Assembly: GCA_964016885.1 (NCBI GenBank)
Contig: OZ024741.1
Span: 185,876,001-185,940,000 of the forward strand
Source of the DNA: Eledone cirrhosa
Lineage: Eukaryota
Direction: 5' to 3'
DNA: 64,000 nt
The notes under the pieces were generated by a model. The model searched no databases and had not been told where the DNA came from. It saw nothing but the letters and a program-made list of their open reading frames with translations. The position numbers were made by a program, and so were the translations under genes. This document shows, one piece after another, positions 41,764 to 55,250 of the stretch. The stretch's first letter is position 1, and every line of letters begins with the position of its first letter.

Positions 41764-42800
41764 TATAAATATCCTTATTATTAGCATCATCCTCATCATC
41801 ATCAATAATATTGTTATTACTGTCATTTTGTATTTTCACAAATCCCTTGCTTTTGTATCAATACAACTAATCCTTATTGATAACTAAGTTCCATTTGCCG
41901 AGGTTAAAGAGAGTGGAGGGGGAGTCTCTGCCCTCGAGTGAATTTTCTAAAAGTGGGAGGCGAGAATTTTCGAGTAAATGTGTCAACACTCAGTGTCTAT
42001 CACTCTTCTAGGAGATATATTTCGGAGAAGGTACGTTTCCCCTGGAAGTCAACGTAATACTGAATTTGTGGGATTCCTTGATTTGCCGTAGGTGGTTGTC
42101 TTCATTTTGGGACACCTTATTTGATTCCTTTTATACGCCGATATTATACACGTCTGTTTATTTCATTTTATTTTATATTTACTTTATAACACATTCTGCG
42201 TGAATCCTTGCTGTATGTGGAAAGCGACCTTCTAATGTCCACTAATTCATTGCCCTTAAGGCGAATACAGAGACTATTGTCCTCTTATCTTCTGATTTTT
42301 GTTGCGTGTTTCTACTGCACATACAATTGCAGATGTGTGTGACTTGGATATGTTTAATATTGTGTTTTGGTGTACTTTATAGACAGTTTTCTGCAACATG
42401 TCTACAATGATTATTAGTACTAATTGCGGTATATTGTACATAATGTTATGTTCTGTGATATTGCTTAGACATTTTTTGCACATTTCCTATCATTTTAAAT
42501 TAACTGTTTAGGTTGTCAGCCCTTACGTTCTGCTTATCTTTAGTTTATATTTGATCTTTATATTTTGAAAATATCAAGATTTCTTTTAGAGACTGATCAT
42601 CGTCTGTAACAGATATTTTGCTTAGGAGGAACTTCACTTCATCTTCATCCTTGATAACAATATTCAATAGATTTTCTTGTTTTTGAACAACCGTAACGTC
42701 GCTTTGTCATTTCTCGAGATTTTTCAAGTAAGTTTAGCAGTTCATTTCTTTCGGTATTCATAATGCTTGTATATATTTTACTACTACTACTACTACTACG

Positions 42801-42843
<43 letters not shown>

Positions 42844-43025
42844 ATACTAACACTACTACTTCATCATCTTCTGCTGCTGCTGCTGTTGCTGCTACTGGTG
42901 TTGTTGTTATTGTTGTTTTTTATGCTGTTGTTTGTGTTGTTCTTATGTAGGTTTCACTCTATCGCTCACATATTTCGAAGAGATTAATAGAAACTTAGCA
43001 TTTCTCACAGTTCTGTGAGTAATTA

Positions 43026-43105
<80 letters not shown>

Positions 43106-43924
43106 TGGGGTGGGGTGGGAGGCCATTTGCTTCTTTCTTCTTAATCAAGGAAAACGGAACCACCCCAAAGTTTCGAATTAAATTTAATATAATTTTAAGC
43201 CCGTTAAACAGAAAAAAAGGGAATGAAATATATATTTTCAAAGCAAAGCCCTGATATGTAAGCAGACTACAACATTAATGAAAAAGTTGAGACAATTTTG
43301 ACAACGCATACATTACTCCCATATATTGTGCTAAGCAAGAATCTTATATGCAATGGGATCTCTTTCACCGACATTGTTTATACACAACCAATTGCAGTCA
43401 AATATCGAGTTCAGAGAATAACTGTAACAGTTGTATATTACAAAGGTGTGACTCGCCAAGCTTGGGAAATTTATTGAAGGATGAGCAACGAAAAATGTAA
43501 CATATCTCAGCCTCGTGAAATTGGAAGTGTGTTAATTGTACTCTCAAATCAACAGTTAAAGTAAACTCGAACCAAGTAGGTCTTCCAATAGAGACCAAGG
43601 ACTGTAAGTCCTACAACTGCCCATATGCTCAAAGCTCAAATCTGGGACCAACGCTCTAACAGTGTAGTACGGAACCATTCACCATGGACGTACACAAATA
43701 AAACAATCAACCTTAAAAATACCCCCCCCCCCCTCCACACACACACACATACAGATACACACACACTCACACACTAGTTCTGAAAATTTTAGATTAATGA
43801 ATGCAATGAGTATGAACATATTTTGAAGTAGACGGATAGCAACGTTAAAATCACTGACACTGCTGTAATTCCTAACAGCAATACTTAGTTGAAATATTCC
43901 TAACAACCAGAGTTCTAATAAGGG

Positions 43925-44388
43925 TTTCTGATTTGGGCACAAGGCCAGCAATTTGGGGGGAGGGGAAAATCGATTAATTCGACCCCAGTACGTGACTGGT
44001 ACTTGGTACTTTTATCGACCCCTTAATGAGGAAAGGCAAAGCTAACCTCGGCGGGATTTTAACTCAGAACGTAAAGAGTCGTAATACCGCAATGTTTATT
44101 GCCTGACGTTCTACCAATAATACTAATCCACCACCCTAACCATAATACTAATAACTGTTTCTTATATAGGCACAAGGGCATCCATAGTACTAATAACTGT
44201 TTCTATTTCAGGCACAAGGCCAGCAATTACCCAGTACATTACTGGTACTTTATTTTATCGACCCCGGTAAGGATGAAAGGCAAAGTTAACCTCGGCGGAA
44301 TTTGAACTCAGATCATAAAGGGACGTAACTCTATGCTTCAAAGCATGGTGTCCGACTCTCTACCGATACTGCCAATCCACCGCCCTAG
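43925..44388 (-). mobile_element. SINE cluster; youngest copy 44198-44386 with 16-bp TSD
   Basis: TSD CCATAGTACTAATAAC at 44182-44197 and 44389-44404. Confidence 0.88.
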
Positions 44389-45074
44389 CCATAGTACTAA
44401 TAACAATATGAATTAGAACCAAATTAGAATCAGTAGGAAAATGTCAATAGTGGCGAACGTGTTAGTAATACAAGGAAAGTCTCACTTGCCGAACAGGTAG
44501 CGGTGTGAATGACACTCGCCAACATTTACGGCAAACATGAATGTTGCTACGCTAGAGTTATTGAGCATAAGAATGAATAAAGTGATTGTGATTCGAAAAT
44601 CCCAATGGCAGAGATAATTTATGTCAGTCGAGTTACGTAACTTCCTCTCACCAATCACCACCTGAGCAACCTTTACTATCACTACTACCACTATCCCAAC
44701 CATTACTGCCACAATAAGCTACATGTGCGCCTAGTGTAAAACATGTCACATGGGCAATCTAGATGCAATGGTAGCCGAAATTTTCTGAATGATGCTTCAG
44801 GTACAGTATGAAATTCCTTGGAGTTATCGGATATGAAATTTCTTGGTGTTATCGCAGTATATACGAAACAGAAATAGGGTGGATGGTTATATAATTATAG
44901 CATATATATCCTGCTGACGTCCTATATGGAGTGACGAGTGATATTGGTTAGTATACATAATGTGCCAAATCATATAATCATTTGATACAAAGAGATGATC
45001 CTCGAAAAAAGAGGGAGACCACCGAGACGAAATCAACTAGTTTGCATATGATTGACATTTAAGTAGCATTCATG

Positions 45075-45104
<30 letters not shown>

Positions 45105-45106
<2 letters not shown>

Positions 45107-45241
45107 CCAGAAATAGCCGTCGAAACGGATTGAGCTCTGCCGTCGGGGTCATACTTTTTCCTATTTCCCACTCTACTACCCTAAGTATTGAGTACTCTGG
45201 TGCGTTATGGTCCATCTGGTTCCTTATCACAATTCCTTTGT

Positions 45242-45243
<2 letters not shown>
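45105..45243 (+). mobile_element. 5'-truncated copy of HHR family A
   Basis: GTCCAGAAATAGCCGTCGAAACGG..GCCGTCGGGGTC plus tail. Confidence 0.8.
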
Positions 45244-45323
<80 letters not shown>

Positions 45324-45394
45324 TGTGTGTGTTTATCCTTTGTTCAATCCAGGATAACCACAGTAAGTAAAGTACTCAATACATAGCAGAGTAT

Positions 45395-45525
45395 AAATAT
45401 TTAATATAGAAATGGGTTTCTAACAATCATGATACCTGATGATTCGGGAGAAATCATTAGCAAGCCCTGGTGATTTTTCACGAATGAAACAGTTATAGTC
45501 TTGTAGAAGCCATTTCTATATCAAA
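45395..45525 (+). ncRNA. Degenerate hammerhead-like motif with long stem II inside a small inverted-repeat element
   Basis: CTGATGA-TTCGGGAGAAATCATTAG..CTGGTGATTTTTCACGAA-T-GAAAC; stem I imperfect. Confidence 0.5.
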
Positions 45526-45823
45526 TATAAATATATATACATATGTGTGCGTGTGTGTGCGCGTGTGTATGTGTGTGTGTGTGTGTGCGCGTGTGTGTGA
45601 GTATAAAGAGGGAAGGAGAGAGAGTTAGATAGAAATAGAGATGTATACAATTGTTTTGCAAATTATTCTCGTTATCATTCCACCACAATACACGTAGAAA
45701 ACGTTACTATACTTTTACCTATTTCTGATCTACACATACAACGTGTTTAATTGTTTGCAGATTTTCTTTCACTCAAACATTCAGCAGCTACGATTACAAA
45801 CCTGTTGCTAAATTTATTTAGTA

Positions 45824-46440
45824 CTAGCAGTGGTACCCGGCGTTGCACGGGATAAGGTATTTTGGAACGCGGGCCGCCAACAGACCTAATCGTGGAAAAA
45901 CTGCATGCCTAGACAATATGTAAAGAAAATAAACCGAATACTCTGATGGCTGGATAATCTAAGATTTTCCTCGATGAAGCAAGAAAAAGGCAGGTTTTCA
46001 CCTAATGCGGGCCCTAGGGGTTCAAGAAAATGAATTTTTTTATGTGCATAACATGCCTTGAAATTTCGGGAAAATCGGCTAGACGTAACGCCTCAAAAAA
46101 GCCCTAAAAAGCTGAAAAAAGGTTTTTCACCTAATGCGGGCCCTAGGCCATAAAAAAAGTTGGATTTTCTTGCTCACGGTATGAAGAAGACACTGACTAA
46201 TACATAGTTACAATTTCAAGGAAATCGGACTCAGGTAACGCCTCAAAAAACCCCTAAACACCTGAAAAAAATGCAGTTTTTCACCTAATGCCGGCCCTAG
46301 GGAATTAAAAAGTTGAATTTTATGTGCATAAACATAAGTAATACACATCTAAAGTTTCAAAAAGAACGGTTGGGTACTTCTCGGGTTTCACACACATACA
46401 CACATACATACATACATCCTTCCTCAGTTTTATATACATA
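45824..46440 (-). mobile_element. Non-autonomous Helitron-like element with internal ~130-155-bp subrepeats
   Basis: Minus 3' end: hairpin CCCGTGCAACGCCGGG then CTAG followed by T; TTTTCACCTAATGC.GGCCCTAGG occurs three times; 5' end resembles TATATAAAACTGAG. Confidence 0.75.
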
Positions 46441-46615
46441 CATATATAGGTTAAAATAACAGATTAAAATTTAAGCAAAGAATCGTTGCTTTCACCCTTT
46501 ACGGGATCTTCTGAAACTAAAAACATCAATCTGTGAACGCAGAAGTAAATATTTCGAAAAATGTTGCAACCGAAGGAAAACAGGAAGATGATACTTTGGT
46601 TCGTGAAGACGTTCC

Positions 46616-47435
46616 CTAGCAATGAACGGAAAATAGCGAACATAATACGTCATCAATGTTCGTAAGAAAGTTGTAATGCAGACAGCCAGGCATACGACAG
46701 ATATTATAAGAGGGCGACGGAGATGGATAACCGGCGCCTAACACTCCTTTAACAACAGAACATTGAAAAATAAAAGCTGTAGTTAATATCTTTAGACCGC
46801 AAGGAATATATAAATGCAAGTTTGAAGTCAATCGGAGAAGAAATGTGGATTTGTATAGACTTTGCAAAAATGAGGACACACACACAGACAACATCAGTCT
46901 TATATATATAGACTAGCAGAAAACCACCCGTGGGCGGTTTTATGCTAGTCTATATATCTAAAACAGAGAATGTCTGTCTGTCTGTCAGCTCACTAAAACT
47001 TGAGAACCATCCAACCGATTGTTTTCAAACTTTAGACATGTAATACTTATGGTCCTGTGAGTGTTTTGAGCAAACATTATTTCAAATTTTCAATGCCCTA
47101 GGGACCGCATTAGGCGATTTAGCGTTCTCTCTATATAATTCTTAGTCTTTCTTTTTAGATAGATACATAGATATAACGTTGCGCGCTTATAATATCTGTC
47201 CGTATGTCTGGCTGTCTGCATTACGTCATTATGACGCGCTCAGTGTGTGTGTGTATATATATATGTATCGTAATGCAGACAGCAAGACATAGCTTTCCTT
47301 CCCCTCTTCTGGCGTCTCGCTCTCTCCCTCCCGCTATCCCCCTCTTGTAGTCTGTCTCTTTCTTTCACTCTCACTCTCTCTCTACGCGTCGGACAGACAG
47401 ACAGAGAATTTGCTGGTTATATATATAAGTAGATT
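46616..47435. mobile_element. Cluster of Helitron-like termini
   Basis: TCTATATAT 5' ends on minus (46912) and plus (46949) separated by the palindrome CTAGCAGAAAACCACCCGTGGGCGGTTTTATGCTAG; (TCTG)n subterminal tracts. Confidence 0.55.
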
Positions 47436-48224
47436 ATCTCCATAACAATTTGTCCAGCGGTGAATTGACAGTAACGGTAGAGCGTTGACCAAAATTCTTT
47501 GCTGCATATAATTACGATTTTATGTTCTTAGTGCAAGTCTCGCTTAGGATAATTTTGTCTGCATCCTTCCACTAGAAGGCGCTAGAATAAAGTACCAGTT
47601 AAATACTGAAGTCGATATAATAGACTTTCCCTATTCTCCAGATTGCTGGCATTTTGGCAATGTTTGAAAGACTCATATAACGGTGGCCTTCCTTGTTTAA
47701 AATATTGTGTGTTGTAAACTTAAACCCTCGTTATTTCGCCTTTAGTAACATTATCTTGTGCATGATCTGAGGGAACATCGATCTGTACCGGAAGGTCTGC
47801 AAAAATAACATGAGTGTTGCACTTCTTTGTATGACTAAGCTATGAATGAAAAGAAAGAAGGTACATATATCTTTCAGCACTTCATATCGTTGTTCCTGTC
47901 ACGTGGCTGATTTATTAACAAGACAAACAAACCAATAAGATTTTGGTAAATATCGAGCAGGATATCCGTCTTGTTGGAATAGGATTTGGTCTTCCAAACA
48001 ATCTGATTGGATTCTAGAAACGAATTTTAAATGACCTTTATATATCTTAAATATCGGCACCTGCTTAAATACACAACAGGAATAACAACAACAAAAATAT
48101 CACACCCCCCCCCCCCCTCCCACCGTCAACCCGTCAGCGCAAGAACAATACCAATAAACAGCAAAAAAAAACAACAATATGTATGCAACACGAATCATAT
48201 TAAAGATGAAGTAAGTCATGAGCG

Positions 48225-48875
48225 TGTTGATAATGATGATGGTGAAGGTGGTGATGATAAAGATGATGATGGTGATGACGATGATGTGGATGTCGAGAAT
48301 GTCAAGGACAAGGATGACGATGACGAAAACGACGATGGCGATGGTGATGGTGATAACGAAGATGATGTTAGAATTGAGATTGATAGTGATGATATGAATG
48401 ATGGCGATGAATGATTCTGGCTAAGATAATGACGAAGAGGGTGATGATATTGATGTTGATGGTAGGGTAGATGAAGATGAGGGTAGTGATGGTCCTGATA
48501 ATAGGGGGTTGATTTTGATGATGATGATGATGATGATGGTGAAGATATGATGATGGAGGTGGTTATGAGTTTAGCGATGATGGCGTGTTTGATGATTGTT
48601 ATAATAATGATGATGACGAACCGTACGAGGATGTTGGTGATGAGGTGAAAAAGAAGAATTTTGTATTTTGTGGTCATGATTAAGATGAAGTGGCGGGGAC
48701 TAGGAAAAAGGAAAAGGTGCTGGTAATGATGATAATGATTAGGAGAGGGAGGAGGGGGAAATAGGAGGAGGGGTAACGATGGTGGTGGCAGAGGTTGAAT
48801 TGGTGGTGGTGTATCGGGTGATGGTAAAAAAAAAAAAAAAGAAGAAGAAGAAGAAGAAGAAGAAGAAGAAGAAGA
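48225..48875. repeat. Low-complexity (GAT)n/(GGT)n/(GAA)n region
   Basis: Degenerate trinucleotide repeats. Confidence 0.85.
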
Positions 48876-48945
48876 ATTCCCTTCCAATTTATCTTCAGAA
48901 ACATATATTGTATACCATCTACTATTTACCATTCTTATTCTTATT

Positions 48946-49125
48946 TTGGCAGTATCGGCGGAGGGTCGGACGCCATTGTTTACAGCCTAGAGTTACGGCC
49001 CTTTATGATCTGAGTTCAAATCCCGCCGAGGTTAACTTTGTTTTTCATTCTTACGGGGTCGATAAAATAAAGTACCAGTAATGTACTGGCTAAATGCTGG
49101 CCTTGTGCTAAAAATAGAAACAATT
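48946..49125 (+). mobile_element. tRNA-derived SINE
   Basis: Same family as 39027-39213. Confidence 0.88.
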
Positions 49126-49886
49126 ATTATTATTGTTGTTGTTGTTGTTGTCTCGTAGATTATTTTTAAGGGAACAACAAAAAAACAAATAAAAAAAAAA
49201 ACAATTTGATACAAGAAGGAATCTCAAGGACCAATTATTTCCAAAGACGGATATCCTAGTCAAAGTGTTACCACAAATTTCTGATTGGTTTATTCATGCC
49301 ATTGATAATCCAGTCAGGTACAAGGACTAATATATAGGGCAATTAAACAACAAACGAGAGCAGCAGCAGCAGTAACAAATAGCTACAACATGATCGAATC
49401 TTTTCAGAAATCAATCAAACATCTACGAATAACATGAAATACAATCAATATAAAAAAAAAAATATGAAGAATTTTGGCAATGTAAATAAACACGTTTTCT
49501 TTTGTGCGATTTGTACCTGAAGATAGTTATAAATATCGGATTTCGTAACAATTCTTTCTTTAGCGCTAAACCTGTTAGAACCTCAAATACAATAGGAAGA
49601 CATGTAATTTCTCTCAAGACAGAAATTCTATCATATTTTCCATTGTCTAACACGAACGCTTATTTGTATTTATATTCTTTAATATATTTTTAGTCACTAA
49701 CATTGTTTGATTTCCTGTTTGTCTGTGTAGCTTTCTGTTTTCAAAATCTCCGAATATCCGTATGTCTCCATTTTGTATACATCCGTAAATATCACTCTAT
49801 ATCCCCATCCCCGATACACACACACGCTTCCCCTCTCTCTTTCTCTATTGATATTTCTCTCTCTGTCGCTCTCTCGCTCTCTCTCT

Positions 49887-50281
<395 letters not shown>

Positions 50282-50438
50282 AAAGAATAGAGATGTAACA
50301 CACAAGTTATTATATATTGGTAAACGGAATAGAAAATGCTGACAAATTGTTCACAGTTGAAAAATGGTTTAATTAGGAATAAAAGAGTATTAGTGATTGT
50401 ATGGGTTAGTATTCAGTTGTGGTTTTAAGTTTTTAAGT

Positions 50439-50475
50439 TTTTACCGGTTGCGCATTTCTAAATGCTTTTCAAAAA
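50439..50475 (-). ncRNA. Variant minimal hammerhead motif in 3' pseudo-LTR
   Basis: Minus strand TTT-TTGAAAA-GCATT-TAGA-AATGC-GCA-ACCGGT-A-AAA: U3-A8 core, GCAA in place of GAAA, palindromic ACCGGT. Confidence 0.55.
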
Positions 50476-50796
50476 TAATTTTGAGATAGAGTGTCCGTGC
50501 TCTTTGCTCTGATCTGATTAGTTTTGGGAATTCTACCTGTTTTTATGTTAAAAAAATGGCTCCAGCGTTATTTTTGTGTTGCAAAAATGCTTGTGGTCAA
50601 AACAATTTTGATTGGTCGGTAGAGGTCATGTGAATGTAAAAAGTTGATTTTGCGCCAAGACTGTTTTTATGTTAAAATGTTAGAAAAGTGGCTCCAGCAA
50701 AAATTATGGTCAAAACAATTTTGATTGGTCGGTAGAGGTCATGTGGATAAAAAATTGGTTTTGCGCCAAGATTGAGAAATGACTCTTTCACAACAA

Positions 50797-50852
<56 letters not shown>

Positions 50853-51243
50853 TAGTAGTAGGAAGGTGTTCGATGCTGCGACAATAGCCACCAGCGATGT
50901 GTGTCAAATGGCTATTAAGATAAGTGTGTGTGTGTGTGTGTGTGTGTGCGTACATACACACAGCAGAGTCATTCGAAGGTCAAAAGATATTTTTCAGCTT
51001 TTGTCTTATACGGAGAAGTGCGTGTGTGTGTGTGTGTGTGTATAAGTCTCTTTGTATGTTGATGTACGCGTGTGTATGTGTTTGTGTATATATGTGTGTG
51101 TGTGTGTGTGTGCGTGTGTGGGTGGACCAGTATTTTTTCCCCCCTGGTAAAATGGTGTACATTATTCGATTTTTTCAGTAAAATCGGTTCTCTTAATAGA
51201 ACATCAACAATCTTAACAATAAAAGGTGTGAAATGATATTCAC

Positions 51244-51275
<32 letters not shown>

Positions 51276-51466
51276 TATACATATATATATTCACTACATA
51301 TATACATATATATATATACATATATACATACACATACATGCACATATATTTTTTTGTATTGCACCATAGAGCATGTGTGTTTACGTGTGTCATTGTGTTT
51401 ATATGTGGGTAGAGATGTGTGCTGATGTAGGTATGTATGTTGACGTGTGTATGTTGTGGGTTCGTC

Positions 51467-53790
51467 TTAGGGAGAAGTGTTTAGACGGGGTCCGTATTTG
51501 TTAATGAAGTAAGATTCCTTGCTGATGCGCTGGGTGTGGGTGGCATTATCTTTAAATTTGTAGAGGGGAAAGATTCTGAAGTTGGGATGATTTTGGGCGG
51601 CGCAGGTATCAATGTGTTCACTCAGTGGTATTTTCCTGTATTCCCGTATTTTAATTTGGGATCTATGGACAGTCATGCGTTGGCGGAGGCTGTTTTGGTC
51701 TGGCCTATGTATTGTTCTCGACAACCTGAACAAGTTAATACATATATTAAATTTTCCGATGCACATGTGAAATTGTGTTTTACTATAAAACGTTGTCCAT
51801 CTTTGAAATAGAATTCCGAACCCTCTATTAGGTTGATGCAAATGCCACAGTTGGGTCTATCGCATTTTTTTACTGTGGGTTTCGTTGTTGTGGTTGGCAG
51901 TACTTTGGCATGTGTTAAGATGTTTTTCATTGACTTGGATTGTCTTTTGCTCTTTATGATATCGTGTGTTCGTAGAATTTGGTTCATTCTATGGTCCTTT
52001 TTCAATACAGGGATGTTCTGGAGGATGGTGTCAAAGGCCTCGTTGTTGAGGGGGTTGTGTGTGGAGATGTATGGAAGAGCTTTTAGTTTTGGTTGATTTA
52101 CTTTAGGGTGTCTAAGGTCCTGGGTACTGAGTTTTAGGGCACGTTGGATTCCATTGTCAATTAGTGATGCAGGGTAGTCCCTGCCTATGAGTGTGTCCTT
52201 TAGTTCTTGTAGCCGTAAGTAGCAGATGTTTTTATTGGAGACTATAGTACAGATTCTCTTGGCTAAGTTGTAGGGAATATTAATTTTAACGTGTCTAGGG
52301 TGGCAAGAGTTGAAGGGGAGGTATTGCTTGGAGTCTGTGGGCTTGTAGTATATGTCGGTTTCTATTTTTTTGTTATGGATCTTAATGAGGATGTCGAGGA
52401 AGGGGAGTTGTTGATGGCTGTATTCCATCGTGAAGTTAATATTTGTGTTGAGCCCATTTATAAGGGTGTGAAATTCTTTAAGTTTTTCGATGTTTTCGTG
52501 CCAAAGGATGAAGCAGTCATCAAGATATCGCTTCCAGTTCCTTTCAATGTGTAAGTGGAGGGTGTTTCCAAATTTGTTTAGGACTTTAGTGTAGAGGGTG
52601 ATTTCCAGGTATCCCATGACTAGGTTGGCATACGTAGGGGCTGTTTTCGTTCCCATAGCGGTCCTAGATTTCTGCCTGTAGGGTTTGTTATTGAAAACGA
52701 AGTAATTGTTCTCCAAGATAAATTTGAGTCCCTCTATCACGAATTCTTTTTTGATGCGTTGTGGGAGTTCATTGTGGAAGTTATCCAGCCAGAATTGGAT
52801 AGCTTCTATTCCTAGGTTGTGGGGGATGTTGGAGTATAGGTTGACTACATCGAACGTCACTAGTAGGGTTTGTTCAGAAAGTGGCATATTAGGGAGGTGA
52901 TTGAGCATATCTAGGTCGTCCCTTATATAGCTTTTGATGTGCTTGAGGAAGGGTTTGAGAAGGGTATCAATGAAGTTGCTAAGACGGTGCGTTTCGCAAG
53001 CGGGGCCTGCTATTATAGGTCTTAATTTGAGATCATTGGGTGAGGGGACATTGATGACTATGTCTGTGGCTTCCTTGCATGCCTTACTCATTGATTCGCT
53101 TTTATGTACTTTAGGGATACCGTAGAAAAGGCTGGATTTACTTGTGAAGTCTGTGATGAAGCTGAATTCCTTGTTAGTGAGTCCTTCTTTGTATTGGTTG
53201 ATTAGAGTTTTTAGGTTTCTCATAATTTTCTGTTGATTGTAGTGTTCAGCCTTTTCGTAGTATGTTTCGTTTTCCAAAGTGGAGAGCGCTAAGTTGATAT
53301 AGAATTCTGTCTCCATTAGGACTACTGTACTCCCTTTATCAGCCTCTTTAATTGTAATGGTTCTGTCGGTTTTTAATCTATTTAATTCTTCCCATTCTTT
53401 CTTGTTGAGGTTTGGCTTGTGTTTTTGTCTGTGCAAGTGTTGGTAAGGGAAGTTTGTGATGTGTTCACAGAATTCGTCCAGGATTTTATTTCTACCTTTT
53501 GAAGGGGTGTAATTGCTTCTATTTCTGGCTAATGATTCATCCTCATTGTACTGGTCGAATAGTTGTTCACTAAGTCGTAACTTTCTACAGAAGTCTGTGA
53601 TGTCTTCCTTCATTTCATAGTAGTTAGGACGTAGTGGGGTCGGTGTGAATTTAAGACCTTTGGAGAGTAAGTTGATAAGGTTGGGTGTTGGTTCTGCACT
53701 AGTAAGATTGATAATTTTTATTACTATCGGTTTCTCCTCCCTGTCTTGTGTTATTTTGTTTGCCTGTATCTGTGTGCTGTGTCTAAAAAA
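51467..53790 (-). CDS. PLE RT plus GIY-YIG endonuclease. Frame open from 53790, first Met 53613; one 1-nt deletion near 51695.
   Basis: IINLT..LLSKGLKFTPTP, KEADKG, LRPII, TFDVVNLYSNI, AMGT..APTYANL, RYLDD, LPFLD, CDRPNCGIC, LIYVLTCSGCREQYIGQT; C-terminus (LRQRMTVH..SEHIDTC..KE..LN) lies in the shifted frame. Confidence 0.92.
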
Positions 53791-55061
53791 TGGTTGGGGT
53801 AGAGGGGTTGTCTGCTGATGTTAAGTGGTCTCCTGTGTTTGTTATATTCCTTGTTGTTGTAAAATGTGGTTCGGGTTGGTGGTTGTAGATTGAATGGGGT
53901 GTTCCTGTACTGCGAGTATGGGTGTGTGTTTCTATGTGCCATGTTGTATTGTGGTGTTATAAGTGGCCTACGTTGTTGGTTGTATCGTGTGGTGTGGGTT
54001 TGTTGTGTATTGTGGAAGTGAGAGTTGAGAAAATGGTAATTACCTTGCTGTCCCCTTGAGGCGGGGAAGTTGTTGCATCTATCATGGCGGTGGTATCTTT
54101 TCCCTATGTTTGACGATGAGGAATCCGCGTAGTAGTTGAGTGATTTGGTATGGTGTCTCCTTGAAGGGGGAAAGTTGTAAATGTCATTCTGGGGGAGATG
54201 ATTTCTTGGGTTTTTGTTCCTTCTTATGGTAGCGAGGTTGGGAAGTTCATCTTCGGTGTGGTGCTTCCTTCTTCGTTTGTTTGAGGCTTGGGGGTTTGAG
54301 AAGTTGTTGTGCGGTTCAGTTATGGGTTTTCCTATTTTTATGAACGGGTTATTGGAGGTGTAATCCGTTTGAAAAGTCGATTCATAGTGTAGGAACCAAG
54401 CGGCACTTTTTTCCCAGCGTTGAAGGGATTTCAGTTCTTCTCTGTTGCAGTCCCCTTTCCATAATTTGGAGATCTTCTCTACCTTGGGGCCTTCAGTTTT
54501 GTTGTTGATTTCCAGGAGGATCTCTTCATCGATGGTTTTGATTTTTTCCTCATTTGTCTGGGCCCTCAGTTTAAGAAGTTCAATTTCTGTCTTCATTTTT
54601 TCCAATGCCATTCTTTCCCTAAGGTGTCTTTGAGGTTCGGGTTCATTTGGAATGGACTTTATTTGTAGTTTACGGGGGAGAGTTAGAGGGGTTGAGTTAA
54701 GCCATTTTTCATATATCTCTGCTTTGTTGTGATTTTGTATCATCTTCCAGAATGAGAACTTTCTGTCTCTGAGGGATTTGTTCCATTTTGGAATTGTTCG
54801 AATTTTCATTTTGTGTGAATCAATCTCACATGGTTCTTCGTTGGTTTTTCCTGGGTTGGTAGTAGTGAACATAGTTTGGATAGTATCGCAAAGGTTTTGG
54901 AGTTTGTCGCCGATTTCGGAGGGTTTGTATCCGGTGGCGGTTTCCTTATTTGTGGAGTCAAGTTTGTCGACCAGCAAAGATAGGTTGGTGTTGATTTTCT
55001 TGAGTTCCTGTAGGATCTCTTCATTTGAGTTGATGAGGGTTGTATCCGTTTTTGTTGGCAT
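53751..55061 (-). CDS. PLE upstream ORF (436 aa from first ATG): predicted coiled-coil N-half, low-complexity basic N/Q/H/R-rich C-half
   Basis: Uninterrupted ORF between the pseudo-LTR and RT; heptad-like EEILQELKKINTNLSLLVDKL and MALEKMKTEIELLKLRAQTNEEKIKTIDEEI; basic KRRRKHH. Confidence 0.8.
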   Translation of the reverse strand: MPTKTDTTLINSNEEILQELKKINTNLSLLVDKLDSTNKETATGYKPSEIGDKLQNLCDTIQTMFTTTNPGKTNEEPCEIDSHKMKIRTIPKWNKSLRDRKFSFWKMIQNHNKAEIYEKWLNSTPLTLPRKLQIKSIPNEPEPQRHLRERMALEKMKTEIELLKLRAQTNEEKIKTIDEEILLEINNKTEGPKVEKISKLWKGDCNREELKSLQRWEKSAAWFLHYESTFQTDYTSNNPFIKIGKPITEPHNNFSNPQASNKRRRKHHTEDELPNLATIRRNKNPRNHLPQNDIYNFPPSRRHHTKSLNYYADSSSSNIGKRYHRHDRCNNFPASRGQQGNYHFLNSHFHNTQQTHTTRYNQQRRPLITPQYNMAHRNTHPYSQYRNTPFNLQPPTRTTFYNNKEYNKHRRPLNISRQPLYPNHFLDTAHRYRQTK

Positions 55062-55250
55062 TTTCTGTATCTCGTGTGAGGATATGATAGTTAAAAGAAT
55101 AGAGGTGTAACACACAAGTTATTATATATTGGTAAATGGAATAGAAAATGCTGACAAATTGTTCACAGTTGAAAAATGGTTTAATTAGGAATAAAAGAGT
55201 ATTAGTGATTGTATGGGTTAGTATTCAGTTGTGGTTTTAAGTTTTTAAGT

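Noticed and set aside
43250-43560. Possible ancient Tc1/mariner transposase remnant
   Set aside because: Too degenerate; no catalytic motif or TIR pair identifiable.
44485-44660. Possible minus-strand exon (cag|GTG..CAA|gtgaga, open frame)
   Set aside because: Weak pyrimidine tract and unrecognisable peptide; not supportable without RNA data.
48031-48932. Acidic D-rich and S/P-rich ORFs
   Set aside because: Degenerate (GAT)n low-complexity DNA with no domain signal.
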